DNA of 64,000 nucleotides from Antedon mediterranea (lineage: Eukaryota; Animalia; Echinodermata), in assembly GCF_964355755.1 (NCBI RefSeq), contig NC_092672.1, forward strand, positions 33,486,437-33,550,436, given 5' to 3'. Of this stretch, positions 50,131 to 61,653 are shown piece by piece (positions within the stretch are counted from its first letter, which is position 1; the number at the start of each line of letters is the position of its first letter). The notes beneath the pieces are model-generated. The model worked only from the letters and a program-made list of their open reading frames with translations, searched no databases and was not told the DNA's origin. The translations under genes were made by a program, and so were the position numbers.

Positions 50131-53100
50131 ATGACCAAATATGGATCTGAAAGCGACAGTCTGATCTCTTCACCACCAGTGTCTGAGGTATAGTGTTTTA
50201 TTAAAATTTTAATCATTGTTTTTAAAGTAATTTATTTATTTATTTTGTCTGTACAGTATAAGATGTGACTCGGTTAATCGTCGGGTAAATAGCTGGTATA
50301 TCGACATGATTTGAACCCAGAAACGAGGGTTCCGAGCAGGTTAACCACCTGCTGCAATTGTACTCATTTTGTTTGTTATTTAATTCATCTGGTATACATT
50401 CTAAGCGTCATGATAAAGTTAGTCAAACATCTTTAATGACAGACAACAGTGCAGACGACTTTGTGAATAAATGTATGAATGTTGATTAATATAGCTTTTT
50501 TAATTATACATTTCAGGGACGGATTACTGATTGTTTGCTGGTGTCTTCGTTTGCGGCTGCCATCGGTACATCTTTTCTCTGGGGCTACAACATAAGTGTG
50601 ATGACGGGACCTTCTGCTGTATGTTTTTACAAAGTATTGCTTTATTTTGTGTTTTAGATAGTCTAAAAGAGTCTAGGTTCTAGACCGAAATTAATAAAAA
50701 GATAAATAGTTAGAATTTCAAAATTACACTTTTGAATGGGATACCGTATGGTATAACAAGGTGTTTTCTATGCAACATATCACAAAAGTTGCGCAATTCA
50801 ATTTCAAACTACTACATCGCATTCTTGTGTGTAAAAGTAAGCTAAAAATTTGGAATCTTTCTATAAATGACATATGTGAAAGATGTAATAGTGAAATTGA
50901 AAATGAAAAACATTTGTTATTTTCATGTAATAAGTTTAAACCCATATGGATTGTATTTAAGCTTTTGATCTCGAAAAAGATTGATATAACATGGCGTAAT
51001 ATTGTTAAAGGATCGGAAAAGACAACAGTAAATGAACTTACTTCAATATTTACCTCTTGCATTTATAAATCGTGTTTAGTAATAAGAAAAGAAAGGAAAC
51101 AAAATCAGGAATCAAAAATAATTTGGAGATTATTTTCCTATGAATTAAAGGATTTATTAACAAATGAATTTATGCATAATACTTTACATAAGGCTCAAAA
51201 GAAATGGACGAATAATTTAAAAGATAAACTATTAAAACTATCAAAAGACTTAATGGTAATATTGTAATTATTTCATTGATTCCTTTTTTTTCTTACCTTA
51301 TCATAATGGATGTATATTAACGTAAACTCTGTTTTTAGGCATCAGTTATACTTTTTAAGATGCCAATTATTTAAATACATGTATGTGTATATGATATCCC
51401 GCTTCTTGGATCATTTAATCATTGGTGATGCAATATAATTGATGGCATGTCAATATAATCTGTATGTATTGGTATTTATTTTTTAATATATATATATTTT
51501 TCTATATTTGCAATATTTATATTGTATACATGTCAATGTTATCTACATATATTTGTATTTGTCCAATATATATATATATATATTGCTATATTTGCAATAT
51601 TTTATATCGTAAATACAAACTGTAAGTAGTAGTTGTACCAAGGTGACATCGGGTATGAAGCGTATCACATACAGAGCCAAAATCGCATCTTGGACTTGCA
51701 CAGTGTATGGACTCTAACCTTACGGTTTTCATTAAATATATCATTGCATGCTATCATTCTAAATATCTAACTTTCAAACGTTTGCATTCCTCTTTTTTCA
51801 TTTCATCCTTTTTATCTTGGTGAAAAGGGAGGATACTACATTTTCCTCCCATGAGTTTATAGCCTCTCTACTCGAACACAAATAAGATCACAAATAAGAT
51901 AGTTTAACAAGAAAATTTTAATCATGTATTTTTTTAAAATTAACATTGTATCTAAAATTGTAATGAAAATGAAAACAAATATGGTTAATACTGAATTCAA
52001 GCATCTTATTATGTAAATATACCTGTATTTTAACTACTTTAAACACTTACTTTTAATTGTCACAAATGTACTTATATGTATATTCACCAATGAGAATTTA
52101 AATAAACGTGAGATGAACTCACACAAGACAAAAAACAAAAAAAAAGATAAATAGTTTGTCACATATGGCGTTTTAGACGTATATTACATTAGCTCGTGTT
52201 TTCAGACAAAAATAAAAACGCCTAAATAAAAGAGACAGAGATTTAAGCCTATTTACTTTCACTCTTTAACAATGTATTTCTGGCATTCCGTCTCCAATTG
52301 ATATGTTTTGTTTGTGTGTTAAAAATGTGCATGTTATATTTATTTCCTACAGTTTATACAGGCATTCTATAACCAGTCTCACTTTGACCAATATGGAGAA
52401 TATATTTCTGAGACTCAAATCCTGTTGCTTTGGGCCATTACTATTGCCATGCTCTGCGTAGGAGGATCCGTTGGTGCACTTGTAGCAACTCCCATTTCTA
52501 ATGCTATTGGAAGGTAATTTAAAGTGGTTCGGCCTAGAGTCGAAAAAGCTATTTATCTTGATGTCTAACTGTTTTTCATTTTCATATTTCCTTCCATCCT
52601 TCGTACTAAATTGTCGTGTTCACGACGCACCACGCCGTCGAGTCGAAAAGGCAAACGAAGTTAAGCATAATATGAGCAAAAAGAAAAACACATTGCATAA
52701 TATTATTGTATCGTGTCAAACTTATTGTATTACGTCACACATTGTGTAACTATATCTTATTACGTCACACATTGTACATTATATAATATTACGTAACACA
52801 TTGTATAACTATATCGTATTACATCACACATTGCAGTTAAGTTTTTCTTTTCTGTAGACGAAGTGCGATACTTGTGACGTGTGTAGTATCCATTATTGCA
52901 TCCATTTTTATGGGAATTAGTCAGCGTGTAAATATTTACCAACTCGTTTTCGTAGGTCGATTTATTATTGGTATATCGTCAGGTAATATAACAACTCCTC
53001 GATTTTTACGATCATGCCGTTATAAAGATTATGATTCTCGCAATCATGTGATGCCATTTCGACCAATAACGTTTTTGTATATAGGCAATGCAATATAAAC

Positions 53101-56100
53101 ATTTTTACTGAGAAACCATACAACCTAAATATATGATCACATTTTATAAAGTGGAAGCCCCTCCTCTATGACACGTCAATCCATTAAAGACCACTACATC
53201 GTAGGCCTACATTTATTAATAATGGTTACACTTATTACTACACAGGGGTTTCGACGGTAGCGACGCCAGTGTACTTGGCTGAAATCTCACCAGTTCGTTA
53301 TCGTGGAGCCTTCGGCTGTATCCACCAATTGGGAACGTCACTAGGTGTGTTTGCAGCACAGGTAAATATTCATATCAAAATATAATACTTACAATATAAA
53401 TACCAAATGTATTAATGTCACTATTCAGATGCCTACTCGGGTGTCTACTCTGGTGCCTATATAGCTAGTATGCATATACGAATATACGACCTCAGAGGTC
53501 CCTTAAGATAATTTGAAAATAGACAAAGTTAAAGATATCACTTAACCTTAAAACCTTTGTGAATACCATTTAAGTGAAACCCTTAGTTTGTTCTTGATTT
53601 TAGGAAAAAACTTAGGATTTAAGGGAAATATTTCACTGGCGTAGTTTAATGTGCGCGTGTTGTGTAACATTAATAATGTTGATGAATATAACAATACATT
53701 TTGTAGATTTTAGGATTGTATCCTCTTTACACTCAAGAGCTGTGGCCTGTGTTACTTGCATTGAACGGAGTCCTGAGTTTGATCGGATGTACTGTGCTAC
53801 TTTTTTGTCCGGAAAGTCCTAGATGGTATTTCATCACATCCGGTTACAGTGCGCCTACTGAAAAAAATAAAGGTAACTGAAATTATATTATATGTATATA
53901 TAATATATCTCAACGAATGTCCTTTCATTATTTGAACTTTTTGATGTCATTTTCCTTTCATTCATGTTGTCTTCTGATCGCAACATAATGATAGCAACCC
54001 TTAAACATCCCATATGGAATATTATAGATATCATGCCACTCGTTGCGAGAGAGTAGCCTCAATTCAAAAGTCACTTGTTTGGCTGGTTGGTTTAGTACGT
54101 TAGATTCCACAGCGGTAAACAACGGTTCAAAGACCATCTTTCTAATACAAAAATTATTTGGAGACTTAGGTTATGGCAATAAAAGTTCTGTATTCTGTGG
54201 TTTGCCATTTTACCGTCTGAAGACATGATACTGTAGAGTGTTTATTGTCGCCATACCATACAAGAACACAGCGCCCCTACTATGACGACATTAATTTGAT
54301 TAATAATTCGTGGTGGTATGTCCAGCTTAGTATGCATTCAATAACAAAACACATATTATACTTTCATTTTTCAACAGAATCCGAAAGTCTACTTGAATAT
54401 AATGACATCAGATATAACAAAGCAATAAACGGTAAGTAAAGCCAGTTGACCAATCAAAAGCGATAGTTCGAATAATCAATAGCTTTCAATTGGTCATAAA
54501 TTACTTGCGTTTTGTTTAAGCATGGATTTGTTAGAACTTCTTGTCAAACGGCGCTGTAAGAACACATTTTAAACGTGGAGTCTCACATCCTGGTATAGCC
54601 TAGGTTCTAGACGTCGATTCGGCTTAATATTCGTAAACAAAATGTCAGCACACATGGCGTGTCATAACAACAACATTTAAACGCCCGCTTGTGGCGCTAC
54701 ATAAAATGAATTAGTCTACATCCTCCTCCTCCTCCTCCTACATTGACTCAAAATATTCCATGACATTCATACTCGAACATAAGTGTTCTGTTGCACATTT
54801 TATCAGCAGACTATATTTGAAATTATAAATGAAAAAATAATTTAAATAACCACTTCTTGATAGCTCTAAGGCGTCTTCGAGGTACAGATGACGTCGATGA
54901 TGAAATCCAAGAGATGCTGTACGAACGTCGACAAGAAGTGACCTCTAACAGTTCTTCAGTCGGTATACTAGATATACTTAGATTAAAAGATCCGATGTGG
55001 AAATGGCCGCTGATCATTTCAATTCTTCTCCATTCAAGTCAACAACTTGGAGGAATAAATGCCGTAAGTATTTAATTAAAAATAGTTTATGAATTTCTAC
55101 TTAGGTATATCTACTACACTGCCCTCTACGTGGTAAAGCTAGACTTTACTCTTGCTTTTAGGTGATGTATTACACAACAGAAATATTTTCAGAGGCAAAT
55201 TTAAGTGAAAATGTTATCAAGCTTGCAACGTGTGGTACTGGAATTGTGGTCGTTGTAACGGATACCATAACGGTATGTTATATATAACAATATTACTTGA
55301 TATATTCAGCTGGCATTTTAAATTTTAAAAATGTTACATTATACATTTTATATATACCACAGTGGAAAGGAACTGGCCATCCTACCACATAATGCTGAGG
55401 CTTAGCACAATGAGCTCCTAACAGCTCATAACAGCTCATTCTCCTACGTTCAGAGAACACGGGACTCACATTTACCTTTTATATACCACAGTAGAATTCC
55501 TAAAACATGTACAGCAAAATGTAAAATAGACTCGGTGTAAGTCTGTTTCATTTTATTGTAGCGCCGCCAGTCGAGCGTTGTGTTTTTTTTCGAGCTCAAT
55601 ACAGTTATGCCATATTATGTTTCTTTTTAGGAATATTAAGCTACTAAATCCCCTTACTTGATAATATTTTTCTCCATCAGATAATGCTTGTTGACAAACT
55701 TGGCAGACGATTTTTCTTGATGTCTGCATATTCCCTTATGGTGGTAGCAACAGCCTTTCTAACCGTGACTCTAACAGCAAATGTAAGATTTTATTTATAT
55801 CTATTTTTTTTTTGTATTTAGGCTCATGTCACATGTGCCTAATGGCACACACTACCAATAGTAAATTAATCACTGTGCTATCAGATAGGTGGTAATCTCT
55901 TTGAAACAGGGTTTATTTTGTGATCCAGTTTATCGGACTAACCCAATGTATTCTTTTAAAAAGAATTAGTTTCCAATAGGGTCCGAAAAACGTGTTTACA
56001 AACAAAATGTAGTATATGTGAACTTTGCTAAAGAAGGAAAACAAATTATTCAACTTTTAAATTATAATTTGTATTTGTCTATTATTATTTCCTTCCACAA

Positions 56101-57340
56101 TCAAAGGGTGAAGTTTGGTCAGTGTTGTCTATTGTTGGTGTATATATGTTCCTTTGTGGTTTTTCACCAGGACCAGGTAAAAATAATAGTAATAGTAATA
56201 CTAATAATAATAATTATAATTTTGAAAAAACAATAACAGAGTTAAATATATCAATATACGTTATAACATTTGTTCTGCGTTTTCCATGACCTTTTATCAT
56301 ATTATTTACTATTGATTATCGAACGTATTTAATACTGAGCCTCTCATGACTTGCGATAGTCGGTTAGACTCTATCTACTGATGCAGATGCAGAATCAAGT
56401 GACTTAATTAAATTAGTGGCTTGGTTTAACTTTCAGGAGCCATGACAAATATTATCGTGCCGGAGATTTGGACACAAGGCCCACGTGCCGCGGCTATTAC
56501 TATTTCTGTTCAATTTAATTGGTGGTCTAACTTCATCGTAGGAATTGCTTTTCCATTTATGTTGGTAAGAAAATAAGGCATAGATTTATGCGCCACTATT
56601 ATACGTATCAAACGCTATGTGTGGCATTTTAGTTTTGATAAACAGACTAGTAAGAAGGTTATATGTCCATTTATTATAAGCGCAATAATACCAACATTCA
56701 TATAAAATGTATTTCTGATACATCTTACCAAGAACAGATCTGCAACTTGTCTTGCATATGATATTGTATTATGTTGTATCTTTCTATTCTTTAACAAAAA
56801 AATCTAACGGTAACATGCAAAACATGCAGATCACTGGATGTTATGTACTTAGAACATTTTGAAAACTGACTGGCTGCAATTTTTTTTTCTTCAAGTTTAC
56901 CGATAAGATGAACGCGTTTCACACGTTGTGAATGCGTTTCATACGTTGTGAACGTGTTTCATACATTTTAAACTGGTGAAAACACAGAAAACTTAATGTA
57001 ATTTTCCGCGCATGTCGGATGCAAGATTGTGCAACGAAGTTTTCAAAACTATTCCAACGCCCTCTCTCTGTACTCATGTCATGCTATTGAAGTTAGAGTT
57101 AGTTGTATTAGGGCTATGATGTCAAAGATGTGTTTGCTAATTCTCACAATTTCTCTTCTTTTGCAGACTGGTCTAGGGGGATATTCTTTTTTGTTCTTTT
57201 CAGCCTTTTTAGCGATTGCTGTTATAATGTTTTACTTCTATGTACCTGAAACAAAACAGAAAACTTTTGCAGAGATTTATTCACATTTTAAAAACAACAA
57301 TACGTCAATTCATGATAATCACTTGGAAATGTCAGGTTGA
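50131..57340 (+). CDS. SLC2A/GLUT-family transporter, tandem paralogue B, 13 coding exons, ~521 aa
   Basis: Exons 50131-50187, 50517-50618, 52353-52513, 52858-52982, 53246-53361, 53707-53872, 54378-54431, 54864-55063, 55162-55272, 55681-55782, 56107-56176, 56437-56564, 57167-57340; 1566 nt open frame, collinear with paralogue A. Confidence 0.92.
50712..52140 (+). mobile_element. 5'-truncated L1/Tx1-type LINE in GLUT-B intron 2 with 16-bp target-site duplication
   Basis: ORF 50761-51267 has FNFKLLHRIL...CERC...ENEKHLLFSC (zf-RVT-like CCHC); long 3' UTR, AATAAA and A-tail; AAAAAGATAAATAGTT at 50696-50711 and 52141-52156. Confidence 0.85.
55364..55479 (+). mobile_element. Short retroposed SINE/LINE 3' fragment with 13-bp target-site duplication
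   Basis: TATATACCACAGT at 55351-55363 and 55480-55492; ends in TTTACCTTT; absent from the equivalent GLUT-A intron. Confidence 0.7.
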
Positions 57341-57346
57341 TGATCT

Positions 57347-60300
57347 TTTTTTTTTTTTTTTTTTTATTTCATTTCAACACATACATAATACAAAATTAAT
57401 ATATAAATGCAACGTAACTATTAAAACGATATAATACTCTCTCAAAAATGAGAGAGTAATGAAATTAAAGAAAAAAAAAATAATGTATCGTAAAAATACA
57501 CTTTATAATAATCATTTTGTTAATAATATGGTTGCCTTGTATTTTTGGTAAATGTGAAATAAATGATTATAATTAAGTAATTGTTTTTTGATTTTGCAAC
57601 TAAATATGTACCAGTTTGTAATTAAAATTAAAATGTTTGCATCACTGTGTGTTCTTCTTTGGTGATAATTAAGTTATTGTTGATATTTCGATACATATAT
57701 TGTTTTACATTTTCCCAAATTTTCTTTACCAGATCACATTCAAAGAACATAATTATGTAGCAGTGTTTCCTGCTTTTCCTTGCAAAAACTACACATTGGT
57801 GAATCGACCTTTCACATCTTAAAGAGCATTGTATTTGTATAAATTATCGATGAATAAATTCAAATTGAACATTTTTTAGCTTAGTGTCATTTGTACAGGC
57901 GTGTAAATTTGAGAAAAGGTTTTTCCAATCAAGTTTGTTGTCAAACTCCTTTTCCCATTTGGATTCAATTCCAATTGGCTCTTCAACATTTTTTAATATA
58001 ATGTGTTTATAGATATAATGACAATTTCTCGTTTTCACAGAAATGAATGTCTGTAATTTGGATTCAACTTCATTAGTTTTGTTTACACCTTGTTCAATTA
58101 ATTTCTGTTTCCAGAGGTTTGGAATTGAATTTACAATCTGGTGATATAATAAGAAGTCTGGTTTAAAATTATATTTTTGGTTAAATTCGTCTAGTTCTAA
58201 TATTTTCCCTTCTTTGTTCACGATATCTTTTACATAGTTTACATTTTTAACCAACCAATTTTTTTCAACTTTAAATTCTCTTTTATCAAAACATGAGTTG
58301 TTCCATAAATATTGATTTAAGATGTCCTCTATCGTATACGGTTCTACAAAATTGTATTCACTCCACGCAGGAGTATATCTTTATGGAACCTTTCAAATTG
58401 TTTTAATATTTTTGAAGATTTAGAAAAGTTGGTTTCGAAAACAATATTTCCTCCAACCTCTTTAATCTTACTTTTTAAAAACACTTTCCACTTGGATTGA
58501 TTTCCATCAAGATATCTTTTCACCCAACATGATTTGAGAGATGTACAGTAACTCTTAATATGGGGAATTTTTAACCCTCCTTCGTCAAAATTGTTGGAAG
58601 GATCTAAATCTCCCTACTCCAATCTAGGAGTTCTTCTACGCATGTGTAGATATCTACTACGTCATCATATATATATCGTATTTTATTTGCGGTCCGGCCA
58701 TGTAGTATATTACTCGCACATCGCTATTTTATACCGTATTACTTAAATATATATCGCTTTCTCATACCATCCCACAGCTATATAGGTTATAATACACATG
58801 AAATGAAAGTGTACCAAACATTTGCAGCAGTTGAAAAAGATAGTATAATCGGGTTAATGCTGTAGGAAAAGGGAGAATCATCGTAAACGAACTAATCATG
58901 CCTACTATTCCGGAATCCACTGTATAGCCGTATACGTTACCTGCCCTGACGTATGACAAATAATAAATATATTATTTGTCATCCGTCAGGGCAGGATTGT
59001 ATGATTCCACCAACTGTAGGCTACATAGCCGTCGTATACCTGCCCTGACGTATGACAAATAATAAATATATTATTTGTCATCCTTCAGGGCAGGTATTGT
59101 ATGATTCCACTGCACTGTACATAGCCGAATACCTGCCCTGACGTATGACAAATAATAAATATATTATTTGTCATCCTTCAGGGCAGGATTGTGATTCCAC
59201 TGTACATAGCCGTATACCTGTCCGACGTATGACAAATAAAAAATATATTATTTGTCATCCTTCAGGGCAGGATTGTATGATTCCACTGTACATAGCCGTA
59301 TACCTGCCCTGACGGCTGACAAATAATAAATGTCTTAATTGTCATACGTCAGGGCAGGTGTATACGGCTATGTACAGTGGAATCATACAATATCTGCCCT
59401 GACGGCTGACAAATAATAAATGTCTTATTTGTCAGCCGTCATGGCAGGTATACGGCTATGTACAGTGGAATCACACAATACCTGCCCTGAAAGATGACAA
59501 ATAATAAATATCTTATTTGTCAGCCGTCAGGGCAGGTGTACGGTATGTACAGTGGAATCACACAGTACCTGCCCTGAAGGATGACAAATAATAAATGTCT
59601 TATTTGCCAGCCGTCAGGGCAGGTATACGGCTATGTACAGTGGAATCATACAATACCTGCCCTGAAGGATGACAAATAATATATTTATTATTTGTCATAC
59701 GTCAGGGCAGGTAGGTATTCGGCTATGTACAGTGGAATCATACAATACCTGCCCTGAAGGATGACAAATAATATAATTATTATATTATTTATTATTTGTC
59801 ATACGTCAGGGCAGGTATACGACGGCTATGTAGCCTACAGTCGGTGGAATCATACAATCCTGCCCTGACGGATGACAAATAATATATTTATTATTTGTCA
59901 TACGTCGTCAGGGCAGGTATACGACGGCTATACAGTGGATTCCGGAATAGTAGGCATAATTAGTTCGTTTACGATGATTCTCCTTTTTCCTACAGCATTA
60001 ACCCGATTATACTATCTTTTTCAACTGCTGCAAATGTTTGGTACACTTTCATTTCATGTGTATTATAACCTATATAGCTGTGGGATGGTATGAGAAAGCG
60101 ATATATTTAAGTAATACGGTATAAAATAGCAATGTGCGAGTAATATACTACATGGCCGGACCGCAAATAAAATACGATATATATATGATGACGTAGTAGA
60201 TATCTACACATGCGTAGAAGAACTCCTGGATTGGAGTAGGGAGATTCAGATCCTTCCAAAAATTGTTAAGCATGACTTTTCTTTTGACTTTATCGGGTTT

Positions 60301-60728
60301 TCCGTTCCATATAAATTTAAATATTTTACTTTGAATATCTTGAAGGAAACAATAGGGTGGGTCTGGTAAATTTGAGAAAACATACGTGAATATCGGGAGA
60401 AACAGTGACTTAATAATAGTTGCTTTTCCAAACAAAGTAAGTGAGCGTTGTTTCCACATATTTAATACTTGTTCATCATTTTTAGCTTCATCTGGAAAAT
60501 TGAGTCTGAAAATATCATTAAAATTACAAGAAATATTAACACCCAATTATTTTACTGGGCCTTTGGTCCATGAAATACTTTTCTCAGATGGCGTTTTATA
60601 GTTTCTTAACGATCCTATTCTCATAATGTTGCTTTTTTTCATAATTAATTCTGAGTCCAGAATATATAGAAAATTCATCCAGTATATCTATAATCGGTTT
60701 AATTGAGTTTTGGTCTTTGAGAAAAAAC
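57347..60728 (-). mobile_element. 5'-truncated, decayed L1/Tx1-type LINE inserted at the GLUT-B stop codon, interrupted by a foldback element
   Basis: Poly(A) seen as a T-run at 57346-57365; minus-strand WKQRSLTLFGKATIIKSLFLP..FKFIWNGKPDKVKRKVMLNNF|DEGGLKIPHI..KLKNVQFEFIHR; imperfect duplication GGTTGATGATCT (57335-57346) / GGTTGGTAATCT (60729-60740), after which homology to the GLUT-A 3' flank resumes. Confidence 0.85.
58595..60258. mobile_element. Foldback-type non-autonomous DNA transposon, 1664 bp, entirely palindromic
   Basis: Termini TGGAAGGATCT.../...AGATCCTTCCA; AAAATTGT duplicated at 58587-58594 and 60259-60266; ~340 bp unique arms; interior of 11 ~85-bp hairpin units whose orientation flips near 59330. 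Confidence 0.9.
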
Positions 60729-61653
60729 GGTTGGTAATCTATGACGTCATAGCACGCGAGTGTTTCTTATTATAATTATACTGTTTCATATTAAAATTAA
60801 TTGCTATCCTTTCGCATAGCACTTGAAAACCTTCACAAATGTTCATAATTCTTTCTTTATTTTAATATTGATATAGCAAAGCTTAAGTTTAAGTTTATTG
60901 TTTTCATAATACAATTATACAATATAATACAGAACATAAGTTAATAAATAATTATGTGAGGAGGACGCATTAAGCCAATGTTTTACGTTTGGTTCTCCAG
61001 ATAAATAAATATATATTTAATTATTTAATCTTAGTGAGAGAAAAAAAAACACTTCTTTCTTTCGTCTAATTGACAAATAAAATAAAACAGAAAGGCACAA
61101 TAAAGAGAAAAAAAAACATTCGTGAGGCAATTGTGAATACTAATGTTCTAAATAGTTTGAAATAAACATTTGTTTGTATTTGTTTTAAATGAATTTATGA
61201 TAGGTATTGCTTTTAGATTGAGTCATTACACATATATAAGGTCCATTGTAAATAAAAGATGGTATTGACACAATCGAGAACTTTGGTGTACGGTTGAAAA
61301 CAATATTATAATATTCAATATCCCGCTCATTATAATATAAAAATTAATGACACCAGCTTGTCGGCATAAAGAAATAATCGTCTCCGCGTTAAAAAATTAA
61401 AAACAATTATAAAACAATTAGTAATATAATAATGATTATTAATATAATTTTAACCCACTCCCTTTGAAGATACCAAGTAAATGGTTTAGAAGTCTTTCCT
61501 TTTATAGAATTGTACCAGCAAGGGTAATTGACTTGGTAAAAAATATTAATTTAAATTATTTAAAGGTAATGATGATTTTTAAATAGTAGGCATAACGAAG
61601 ACACACGGACACGTAAAGTAGGCCTTCGTCTAGGGCCCGTCACTCCATTCAGC

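Noticed and set aside
39086-57340. GLUT-A and GLUT-B as an uncollapsed-haplotype assembly artefact
   Set aside because: Introns differ by many indels and distinct insertions, there are clustered amino-acid changes, and a third diverged copy follows; true tandem paralogy is more likely.
58938-59920. Palindromic repeats separated by linkers, superficially CRISPR-like
   Set aside because: The linkers are near-identical rather than unique, orientation flips mid-array, there are no cas genes, and the array lies within a transposon bounded by a target-site duplication in animal DNA.
58762-60093. Mirror-image ORFs 58762-58959 (-) and 59872-60093 (+)
   Set aside because: A by-product of the foldback symmetry; no recognisable domain.
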